DNA of 55,134 nt, from contig MNWW01000006.1 in the NCBI GenBank assembly GCA_001871415.1, positions 1-55,134 of the forward strand. Direction: 5' to 3'. Shown here piece by piece: positions 16,815-24,910 of the stretch. The translations under genes were made by a program, and so were the position numbers. Source of the stretch: Candidatus Woesearchaeota archaeon CG1_02_57_44 (GTDB taxonomy: Archaea; Nanobdellota; Nanobdellia; Woesearchaeales; CG1-02-57-44). Position 1 is the stretch's first letter, and each line of letters begins with the position of its first letter. A model generated the notes under the pieces. That model made no database searches. It worked only from the letters and a program-made list of their open reading frames with translations, and was not told the DNA's origin.

Positions 16815-19528
16815 GATCGGCCACCCCGCAACATATCCCGCATGCACGTCACCCGCAGCAGCTCAATGTCCGTCGCAAAGTGCATAGCCGCAGGCAGATG
16901 CGCGTACATCTCCTGCACTTGAGCCAGCAAACGCAAGGCCTCTGTTGTATCTCCCTGTTCAACCATATCCCGCGCCTGCCGCATCACCTTGAGCCCCGCC
17001 ATCATCTGACGACCAAGCAGCCATTGCTGGAATGATGAGTACGATGCGCTCTGCGCGCGGGCCTCCCGGCGCAATAGGGGAATTGCCCTGGCAGTGTGCA
17101 GAGCAAGTACAATAGCGATAGCATCATCCGCCATGGCCTTGGCTGCGGCGCTGCCGATACCCTTGCGCGTGTATTGTGCCTCTGCCTGGCGCACCAATCG
17201 CTCAAATTTCGCTTTGGTCCCTTTAGGCAGGGTCGCTTTGACCCGATGGAACAATTCATCGATCGCCAGCTCCTCCTCTATCCCGTACACCCTCCCGCAA
17301 TACGCATGCAAGAACTGTATGCACTCCTGAATCCAGGTCGCCGGCGCGGTGTTCTTGCTTCTAAAAAGTTTCCATGCACGCGCAAGCGCGATGGTGATGA
17401 TGTCAGGAGGCGTGTCTTGTGCTCGCATAGGATCCAATGACTTGCGAAATGGCTTGAGCACGCGATATCCCGCCGTCAACAGCAAGACGAGAAGCAGTGC
17501 GCCATACGCCCAAAAACCAGGCCTATGTGGACCGGGCAGCACCTCACACGCGTCGCAAGGGCCACCACAGTCAATGCCAGACTCGCCCTGGTTTTGCATA
17601 CCGTCACCGCACGTCGCGCATGGTCCGCATGAACCTCCGCAATCAACCCCTGTCTCATCACCATCCATGAGTTTGTCAAAGCAAGTCGGGCACGTGCTGG
17701 CACAGGGTCCTCCGCAGTCAAGTCCGAACTCTCCCTGATTCTGCACTCCATCATCACATGTCGGACAAGGAGCGCACGAACCACCACAATCAACCCCTGT
17801 CTCATCGCCATTCTTCAGATGATCATCGCATGCGGCAACATACTCGCATTGCTGCACCTCTACAGGCTTGTTATCATCCACCCCACAGTCATGTAGATCA
17901 CGACACAACCGCGCCTGCAGGCCTGCCGGCGCGCATGATCCCCAATCGCCGCATGTCCAGTCAGGAACGCACCAGAGCAAGGTGATACTGGATGACCGGG
18001 TGGTCACAGCGGTAGTCACAACCGACGACGCCGTAGGAGGGTCCTCTTCAGGCACCCCGTACAGACGCACCACGGTCAGTTTGATGATGTTGCTTTGCGC
18101 TGACGCGTTGCTGGGATCAAATGCCCAGAACACCAGAAAATTGTCACCAATGAAATTACGTTTCGGGGTGATAGTTACCACACCACCTTCAATATCCACG
18201 GTCATGTTCGTCGCGCTACTGCCGAAAAACTCGAGCACCTCTCCGTCAGGATCTGTAAAATAATCATTTAAGTCAAGCCCGGTCAATGGCGTATTCCAGT
18301 TCCACATGAGGTCTGGAAGCAACTCAACGAGCACGGGGGCCCTATTGGCCACGTTCAGGCGGCCACTCTGGTTCACCATGTCATAGCCCGCGTCGGTCGC
18401 ATTGCAGAATACGGTGTAATTATACGTTCCTGGACTGGTGAAACTGGAATTGACCAGGTATACGCGTGACGTGGTATTGTAGTTCATTCCCCGACGGTCG
18501 ATTCCTGTCGGCAAGCGTATATCTGTCCAGCAGGTCACGCCTGTCGTGTTGACGGGCAGACCATCGTCCGCATACGTCAGATTTCCATACATCCAGATGG
18601 GCTGCAGGATGTAGCGGCTCTGGTTGCCCGTAGTCCCATCGGTATCATCGAACACCACTAGCGTAGGATAATGACCTTCCTGCACAGTGTAGGTACTAAA
18701 CGAACTCACATTAACGCTGAATGTGCCGTTCGTGTATGGGTTTCGCACGCACTGTGGCGCGTCACACAACTGGCCATCGCGATAGACCACCGGATAGATG
18801 AAGGACACATTATAGAACACAAGAGTCGCCTTCCTGTCGAGGCAGGAAAGCCAGCTGCTATTGATCTGGACGTATTTATCGTGCATGATGAGATATCTGC
18901 TGATGTTGAGTCCGTCGGTCGTTATGTTCTCCAAAAAATGCATAAGCCCATACGTCGTGTCTATCGTGAGATTGGTTATGTCCCGATAGTGTCCACGCGC
19001 AGTCCAATTGCTCGTCGCAGAGACATTGGTGAACAACGATGTATCCGGCGGCTCCACTTCCTCGTCAACGGTCAGGGAACGGACATCCTGATGGAACTGA
19101 ATGCAAGGAGAATGCCCCACAGCCTTCAGTGCATAGTAGCAGGAACCATCAGGTTTGCCAGACATGTTGTAGGACAGGGTTACTTGATCAGAACCATCAT
19201 TGGTGAAGTTACCGATGAGCGAGTAATTGTCGCCCACCCAAGGCGGCGAATAGGTGAGATAGATTTCCGTGTAGCGCAATGACTCCCTGTCCATGGCAGC
19301 TGTGGCATTGATGTCAATGACGCCATGCAACCGATCAAAATTCTGCTGCGATGTTATTGCTATCGTGGATCTCCCCCCCAGACAAAACCTCACTTCGCCC
19401 TGCGTGACCAACCCCTGCAGCCGCTGCTGGGTCATACGCACCACCAGCATGTTGAGCCCCACGCTCACCAGCACCAGGGCCAAGATGAGCATAAGGACAA
19501 CATTGTTGGACACTGCTCGCAGGTTCAT
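16811..19528 (-). CDS. 905-aa bitopic surface protein: sequon-rich ectodomain with one cadherin-like module, a TSP1-like Cys motif, four Cys-rich repeats, a TM and a 215-aa helical cytoplasmic domain
   Basis: TM1 VVLMLILALVLVSVGLNMLVV. Motifs NRAPVL and WCVPDWTCGDWGSCAPAGLQARLCRD. Four copies of C-x-D/G-G-x3-G-D/E-x-G-x-DCGG-x-C-x2-C. TM2 FWAYGALLLVLLLTAGY. ATGA overlap with the RHH gene stop at 19525-19528. Confidence 0.8.
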   Translation of the reverse strand: MNLRAVSNNVVLMLILALVLVSVGLNMLVVRMTQQRLQGLVTQGEVRFCLGGRSTIAITSQQNFDRLHGVIDINATAAMDRESLRYTEIYLTYSPPWVGDNYSLIGNFTNDGSDQVTLSYNMSGKPDGSCYYALKAVGHSPCIQFHQDVRSLTVDEEVEPPDTSLFTNVSATSNWTARGHYRDITNLTIDTTYGLMHFLENITTDGLNISRYLIMHDKYVQINSSWLSCLDRKATLVFYNVSFIYPVVYRDGQLCDAPQCVRNPYTNGTFSVNVSSFSTYTVQEGHYPTLVVFDDTDGTTGNQSRYILQPIWMYGNLTYADDGLPVNTTGVTCWTDIRLPTGIDRRGMNYNTTSRVYLVNSSFTSPGTYNYTVFCNATDAGYDMVNQSGRLNVANRAPVLVELLPDLMWNWNTPLTGLDLNDYFTDPDGEVLEFFGSSATNMTVDIEGGVVTITPKRNFIGDNFLVFWAFDPSNASAQSNIIKLTVVRLYGVPEEDPPTASSVVTTAVTTRSSSITLLWCVPDWTCGDWGSCAPAGLQARLCRDLHDCGVDDNKPVEVQQCEYVAACDDHLKNGDETGVDCGGSCAPCPTCDDGVQNQGEFGLDCGGPCASTCPTCFDKLMDGDETGVDCGGSCGPCATCGDGMQNQGESGIDCGGPCDACEVLPGPHRPGFWAYGALLLVLLLTAGYRVLKPFRKSLDPMRAQDTPPDIITIALARAWKLFRSKNTAPATWIQECIQFLHAYCGRVYGIEEELAIDELFHRVKATLPKGTKAKFERLVRQAEAQYTRKGIGSAAAKAMADDAIAIVLALHTARAIPLLRREARAQSASYSSFQQWLLGRQMMAGLKVMRQARDMVEQGDTTEALRLLAQVQEMYAHLPAAMHFATDIELLRVTCMRDMLRGGRS

Positions 19529-19728
19529 TTTTTCTTGCCATCATATAGCTCGTCAGCGTATTTGAGCAACAAATCACGCACTGCCTCGCGCGCGATCTCG
19601 GACTGATTAGAAAATAGCCCCTGATCGATGAGGTCCTGCATCTTCTCTTTCAGGCGCTTTCCGACCCTGATATGCAAAAGTGTTGACATGAGCAATACCA
19701 TAGAGCAATATGATACATTCTGATACAA
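19525..19728 (-). CDS. Ribbon-helix-helix (CopG/Arc/MetJ-like) DNA-binding protein, first gene of the surface-protein operon
   Basis: Core LLHIRVGKRLKEKMQDLIDQGLFSNQSEIAREAVRDLL fits a beta-strand/helix/helix pattern. The true start is probably internal (ATG 19701 or 19689). Confidence 0.6.
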   Translation of the reverse strand: MYQNVSYCSMVLLMSTLLHIRVGKRLKEKMQDLIDQGLFSNQSEIAREAVRDLLLKYADELYDGKKK

Positions 19729-19843
19729 CCCCTTAATATAGCTTGCTGCCAGAAAATCACCTTGATCCCCAGGAACAATAGACGATAATTATACTTCACA
19801 AGGAAACAAAGTCGTCCAAAATTAGTATTTCAGACACAATGTG

Positions 19844-19864
19844 GATATATCACATCGATATATC
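19844..19864. promoter_or_regulatory. Two copies of the palindromic octamer GATATATC separated by 5 nt (candidate operator)
   Basis: GATATATC at 19844-19851 and 19857-19864, in the A/T-rich divergent intergenic region between the RHH-led operon and the PAC2 gene. Confidence 0.3.
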
Positions 19865-20000
19865 TTGGCAGGACTGGCCGACGACAAACCCATACCATAT
19901 CAAATAAGTATATAAAATATATCATTTTGATACAGATGGTGTATCCGAATCTTTTGCAGGTCCGAAAAGCATAAAAGCAGCCTACCGCAAGAATCAGTGC

Positions 20001-20741
20001 ATGACTCCTGCAAAAAAGAATACACCATCTAAACGCATAAGCCCATCCCACTCAAAACCCACCATCATACTGGGGTTCCCCGGATTCGGACTGGTCGGCA
20101 GCATTGTGACCGAATTCATGACAGAGCACCTGAAGACATCCAAGCACTCCTCCATCATCCTCGAGGAGCTACAACCCGTCATCGCCATCCACGACCATAA
20201 GGCAGTGGAACCTATCTCAGTCTATTACAATAAAACACACAACCTCTATTTCATCCACGCCATAACACCCATCAACGGCCTTGAATGGAAGATAGCGGAC
20301 AAGGTGCTGGCCCTCGCCAAGGCTGTTTCCGCGTCGCGCATCATCTGCATCGAAGGCGCAGGCCTTGGCCCGGACAAAGAGCTCACCAAAGAACAATCGC
20401 TATTCTGCTATTGCACCGACGAAAAGGATGCCAAAGCGATGGAAACGCAGGGCGTGAAGAAGCTAAAGGAAGGCTACATCATCGGCATCATACCCGCACT
20501 GCTGCTCAGGGCCACCATGCCCATCACCTGCATCTTCGCGCCGACGCACTCAGAATATCCAGATAGCAAAGCAGCCGCTAGCGTCGTCGAGCTCCTGGAT
20601 AAGCAGCTTGACCTTCAGGTGAATTCAGCCCCCCTGCTGGATATGGCCAAGCGCTTCGAAGACAAGATCAGAACCCTGATGAGCAAAAGCCGGGTCGTGA
20701 ACGAGCCCTTCGATAAGAAGAAACTCAGCTATGTAGGCTGA
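20001..20741 (+). CDS. PAC2-family proteasome assembly chaperone (PbaA/PbaB-like, COG1938)
   Basis: N-terminal ILGFPGFGLVGSIV motif typical of the PAC2 family; length about 245 aa. A/T box about 29 nt upstream of the ATG. Confidence 0.7.
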   Translation: MTPAKKNTPSKRISPSHSKPTIILGFPGFGLVGSIVTEFMTEHLKTSKHSSIILEELQPVIAIHDHKAVEPISVYYNKTHNLYFIHAITPINGLEWKIADKVLALAKAVSASRIICIEGAGLGPDKELTKEQSLFCYCTDEKDAKAMETQGVKKLKEGYIIGIIPALLLRATMPITCIFAPTHSEYPDSKAAASVVELLDKQLDLQVNSAPLLDMAKRFEDKIRTLMSKSRVVNEPFDKKKLSYVG

Positions 20742-21208
20742 TAACAGATAATACCCACCCCAAGGGCACCGCCCTCACTTTTTCTTGCATTTTGCTAGTG
20801 CCTAACTCAATTTCTTATTTTCCAACCCCTTAAGTCATTATAGCCACCATCCAGCGCCTATGACAGAGTGGGCTCATAGATGCTGAAGGGTCAACCATCC
20901 ACGAAGGTCAACCTGTCCGTAACGTACGTATCCACACCAGTTGCTTGCATATCCGATGCTGTCCAGACACCGAATATCGATGTCACCTCAAAATACACGA
21001 CTCACGCCACACCCGCCATAACCGTCCCCCCACGTCAGCGCAATAGCGGCAGACACTAAGATCGATTCCACCATCATTTTTATCCGTACCCTCACTTTGC
21101 ATTATTTTTTAGGAATTTATCACTGTTTATTGCTATGAAATGGGCAGAAATGAGCCACCAATGCAGAGCAAAGGGCCAAAAACCGATAAGCACTTGATTG
21201 TTGCCGGA

Positions 21209-21226
21209 ACACACACACACACACAC
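21209..21226. repeat. (AC)9 dinucleotide microsatellite
   Basis: acacacacacacacacac read directly. Confidence 0.95.
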
Positions 21227-21390
21227 TGGCAATTATCTGTGCGTCAGATTTAGACCACCATGGCCAGACCGTAATACCCCCATTAATTCATAAGTCATTG
21301 CCATTATATAGTGACCACGACCATCAAATGCGCAGCAACCCCCATATTTCCGAGGGACGGACCTCGACACCCACAAAATTGGATATAATA

Positions 21391-21435
21391 GGATTTAATA
21401 GGATAGGATTTAATAGGATAGGATTTAATAGGAAG
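21391..21435. repeat. Three tandem 15-nt repeats GGATTTAATAGGATA (iteron-like)
   Basis: Copies at 21391-21405, 21406-21420 and 21421-21435 (last copy ends AAG). Preceded by a partial GGATATAATA. Confidence 0.9.
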
Positions 21436-22250
21436 AAATCCAGCAGCAGAAGATATCCAATCGTATTTCTTGACCCTTAGCGCAATAAAGAGCTCATCCA
21501 GAAAGAAGCTTTGCGCCCAGATACAATTTCACACACCCCACGCCAACCAATAACATTTTAAGCAAATATTATGACTATTACTTAATGATAATACTCAGTT
21601 CAATTCGAGGACCTGAACCCCAATAGCAACCAAAGCACAAAAAATCTCAAGCCAGAAAAAGCCACAATATCACATCAAAATGGCAAAAAAAGCAGCTTGC
21701 AGAACACAAGGTCGATGATAGAACCGCCCAGTACAGGTAGCCCGAGCACATCAATCACGAACACCAAGAATCAGGCAAAATGCAAGAATCAGAGCGTCAA
21801 ATCCCCAATTTCAACGACTTTTACCTAGTTTGAGTCCAGGAAGCCCCCTTCCCCAGCAATAGTAGGACAAACCAATGTGTCGGCACAATGTTTGAATTGT
21901 AAAATACTATACCGACAGGTAAGGAATGATGCCTTAATCCACCAGTTAGCGCAGATTTGGCCAGTAAGGCATGATACCGATCGACCCATCAAGGACAAAT
22001 ATTGCCCCATGCGACGCAGGGAAAGATCAGTGATGCATCACCCATCGTCGACTCCAGAACAATTCATAAAAAAGTTTCACGACTCCCCCATGAACAAGGC
22101 ACATCTGTACCACCACACGCAGATTCTAAACCGAGAAGAACAGCACAAGGATAACAAGAAATATATTTAATCAATAATCACATATTATAATCACTAACTG
22201 TGCTTTGGTTCGAGACAATTCCAAAAAATAGATAAACCCGAAGGTTCTAA

Positions 22251-22793
22251 ATGAGTCACATGAAATACGTCCTTACTGACGCCGAAACTGGGTTGAATCC
22301 GACTGTGGATGAACTGGCCAGAACCATCATGGACCGCATTGGCCTTGAGCCCAGAAAACGAGGCTCGACCACCCTTATGTTCCAGACCCTGCTGGAACTG
22401 TATGAGCGCAGCAAGTCTGCCAACCGCGACAAGCACCCTGAAAACGCCATCGTCACGGTGGAGGAGATGGCAGCTCACGCAGGCATCAGCAGACAGACCA
22501 TGTATGAATATCTCCGACGCTGGCTCGCCCTGAGCCTCATCAGCAAGTCCAGCTATATTCTCGACGGCAAGGTCATCATCGGCTATCGACTCAACGGCGC
22601 GACGTTGGAGAGCGCGTTCGACAAAGCAGCGCAGCGCATCAACAACAACCTGGACACGACCATGCGCTATGTGCGCGAGCTGCAGCGCATCATCAAGAAC
22701 GAAAAAATAAGAAAAGCACAGAGCCCGATCCATGATTTTCGCGAAAGCAACACTGAAAACAACAATCCAGATAGTAGAACAACTGAGCAATAA
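22251..22793 (+). CDS. Winged-helix/HTH DNA-binding protein, family unknown
   Basis: HTH-like VTVEEMAAHAGISRQTMYEYLRRW followed by a beta-hairpin-like KVIIGYRLNG. A/T box AAAAATAGATAAA about 26 nt upstream of the ATG. Sits in a lower-GC, ORF-poor islet. Confidence 0.5.
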   Translation: MSHMKYVLTDAETGLNPTVDELARTIMDRIGLEPRKRGSTTLMFQTLLELYERSKSANRDKHPENAIVTVEEMAAHAGISRQTMYEYLRRWLALSLISKSSYILDGKVIIGYRLNGATLESAFDKAAQRINNNLDTTMRYVRELQRIIKNEKIRKAQSPIHDFRESNTENNNPDSRTTEQ

Positions 22794-23120
22794 GTCTAAT
22801 AAATAATCATTATTTTTAATTGTTTAGTGCATTATGTGTCGGAACCATATCATAATTCGCTAAAACCTCAGAATAGTGTCGGTATAATATCTCACCACCC
22901 CTTTTTGTCGCTGCCCAATAAGTTACACGAATCCAGAAGCTGCTGCAAGCATCAAAACTCAGGGAGTTAGTTGGTTGCACGAGTCTGCCAACAACATGCC
23001 AGGAAAGCATTGGACATTCTTAGCAAAAAACGCCACAAATTTTGTAAAAAGTGAGCCGCACCCGTTAATTGACCAATGCAGACAGCGCCATGCCAGCCCA
23101 GAGCCCACGAAGATACCAAA

Positions 23121-23179
23121 ATCAGGCAGCATTAGCGAGATAAGGATCAGGTAGAATCAGCGAGACAAGGGAGGGGGGG
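23121..23179. repeat. Two 25-nt imperfect tandem repeats followed by a G-run
   Basis: ATCAGGCAGCATTAGCGAGATAAGG (23121-23145) and ATCAGGTAGAATCAGCGAGACAAGG (23146-23170), then GAGGGGGGG ending at 23179. Confidence 0.85.
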
Positions 23180-23221
23180 TTAGGCACTATAAAAACCACC
23201 ATAAACAGGCCACAAGAGCCC

Positions 23222-23725
23222 TCAATCACCCGTGACATGCGCCTTTAAGGCCTTATCGAGACCGAGCAGGTTCTGCTTTGCCTGCAGAGAACGGAATCGT
23301 TCAGAAAGCCCATACACCGCAGGATCAGATCCTTGCGCCAACACCGGGGGGTCGTCCCTACACATGAGCGCACCCAGATAATTGGCCACAATACTCCTTG
23401 ATAAGGTCGCGCGCTGAGAAATCTCCCGTAAAGTGAGGGGCCTATCTGCCGCATACAGGACAGAAAGAATCTCCCGCTCCTTCTCCGCCAGCTCAGGAAC
23501 CTCCGTATGTCGCTGCTCCATGCGCTCTATGCGCTCGAGCAGCTTGTCAAGCTTAGCCTCAAGAATACACTGGTACTCGTAGATGGACTGCAGCTCATCG
23601 GCGTTGGCATTGATCGATTCCAAATGGTCGTCGAGCTCCTCTTTCATCTTGCCAAAAGAACCCTTCACACCTGCGCGCATCGCCTCGAGTTCACGTCGCG
23701 TGGAAAACGGGAGCATATTGGCCAT
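23222..23725 (-). CDS. Coiled-coil plus C-terminal winged-helix protein (putative transcription regulator)
   Basis: Start trimmed to ATG 23725 (MANMLPF), because the longer ORF would run through the divergent methylase gene and its promoter. C-terminal wHTH REILSVLYAADRPLTLREISQRATLSRSIVANYL. Confidence 0.5.
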   Translation of the reverse strand: MANMLPFSTRRELEAMRAGVKGSFGKMKEELDDHLESINANADELQSIYEYQCILEAKLDKLLERIERMEQRHTEVPELAEKEREILSVLYAADRPLTLREISQRATLSRSIVANYLGALMCRDDPPVLAQGSDPAVYGLSERFRSLQAKQNLLGLDKALKAHVTGD

Positions 23726-23778
23726 AACCCACATGAAAGGCAGCGGTATTATATTTTTTTCCAACATTCCCATAGCAT

Positions 23779-24429
23779 ATGGGCACACCAAGCAAGGGCG
23801 AGCTCGCCAAGATGCTGTCAGGATTGAGAGGATTTGCCACCCCAAAAGAGCGCTTGGAACAATATCCCACGGACGGAGACACCGCAGCACTGCTACTTCA
23901 TCACGCGCAAAGCCATGGCGACTTGCCGGGCAGCGTCGCTGACCTTGGCTGTGGTACCGGCATCCTTGGCATCGGCGCCCTGCTTTTGGGAGCATCCCAC
24001 ATATTGTTCGTGGATATCGATGATGCAGCGCTCGCCATTGCGCGAGACAATCTTGCCAGGGCAGGCCTGCGAGAGGAAAAAGCCACCTTCCTGAAGACTG
24101 ATTTGCTCGCAATCAAACAGCAACCAGCAGTACACGAATCACCCATGACCTCTTTGAAAGCTGACTGCGCCATCATGAACCCCCCCTTTGGCAGCCGCCA
24201 CAAGGGAGCGGACATCGCATTTGCGCAGCTGGGCCTTCGCGTCGCACCTGTCATCTGGAGCATCCATCCGGGACAGACACGAGCAATGCTTGAGGCGAAA
24301 TCTGCCAGGTGGGGCGCACGGCTGACGCATTGCATCAGCCACAGCATGCATATCCCCAGCATGTATGATCATCACCGACGAGCAAGCAAACCTGTCGCAG
24401 TCATCATAGCACGGATGCAACGCAACTGA
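23779..24429 (+). CDS. METTL5-like (COG2263) SAM-dependent N6-adenine RNA methyltransferase
   Basis: LEQYPT, motif I DLGCGTGILGIG, motif IV MNPPFG. Colinear by eye with METTL5. Confidence 0.8.
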   Translation: MGTPSKGELAKMLSGLRGFATPKERLEQYPTDGDTAALLLHHAQSHGDLPGSVADLGCGTGILGIGALLLGASHILFVDIDDAALAIARDNLARAGLREEKATFLKTDLLAIKQQPAVHESPMTSLKADCAIMNPPFGSRHKGADIAFAQLGLRVAPVIWSIHPGQTRAMLEAKSARWGARLTHCISHSMHIPSMYDHHRRASKPVAVIIARMQRN

Positions 24430-24501
24430 AGCAATGATAGCGAGTGAATGCCCTTGGACCTCGACAAAAGCTTTTTAAAGGCACCCCCATTCCTGCCAAG
24501 C

Positions 24502-24777
24502 ATGGAAATCAAGATTCTCGAGTCAACGGACAAGCGTATGATAGTCGAAGTTCCCGGTGAGACCACGACCATCTGCAATGTTCTGGTCGCTGAAATGTGG
24601 AACAATAAGCACACGGTCAGCGCGGCATTCCGCGTTGAGCACCCGCTTGTGTCAAACCCGCAGATTATTCTGGACACTGATGGGGAAAAACCTGACAAGA
24701 CCCTGAAGGTCGCTGCTGCCAATATCATCAAGAAGAACGAAGCGCTCAAGAAAGTAGTCAAATCCATGCGCGTCTGA
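24502..24777 (+). CDS. rpoL: DNA-directed RNA polymerase subunit Rpo11 (L)
   Basis: MEIKILESTDKRMIVEVPGETTTICNVLVAEMW...AAFRVEHPLVSNPQIIL matches the Rpb11/RpoL pattern. Confidence 0.8.
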   Translation: MEIKILESTDKRMIVEVPGETTTICNVLVAEMWNNKHTVSAAFRVEHPLVSNPQIILDTDGEKPDKTLKVAAANIIKKNEALKKVVKSMRV

Positions 24778-24910
24778 ACAAGCAGTATTTTCTTTTGAAG
24801 TTTTTTCTCGATTGCACCCCTATTGACAGTCTTATGCTGTATGCTTCAGCACACTATGTTGCACATCCCCCAGGCAAACCTATTTATACCTCTGGGACGG
24901 CAAAAGCTTG

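Noticed and set aside
12372-19528. Diversity-generating retroelement targeting the giant surface proteins
   Set aside because: There is no reverse transcriptase gene. No template/variable repeat pair with A-specific mismatches is visible in or near the genes.
19730-23221. Replication origin in the lower-GC, repeat-bearing islet
   Set aside because: There is no orc1/cdc6 gene. There are no inverted ORB pairs flanking an unwinding element, and the repeat types are all different. It is kept only as a low-probability alternative in the findings.
23726-24112. N-terminal extensions of several ORF-track entries (23222-24112, 30948-31775, 34916-35989, 45782-47383, 1391-3442, 45303-46070)
   Set aside because: The extensions overlap divergent genes or promoters, translate tandem repeats, or lack homology. 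Internal ATGs at the consistent spacing of about 26 nt from a TATA box give proteins of canonical length.
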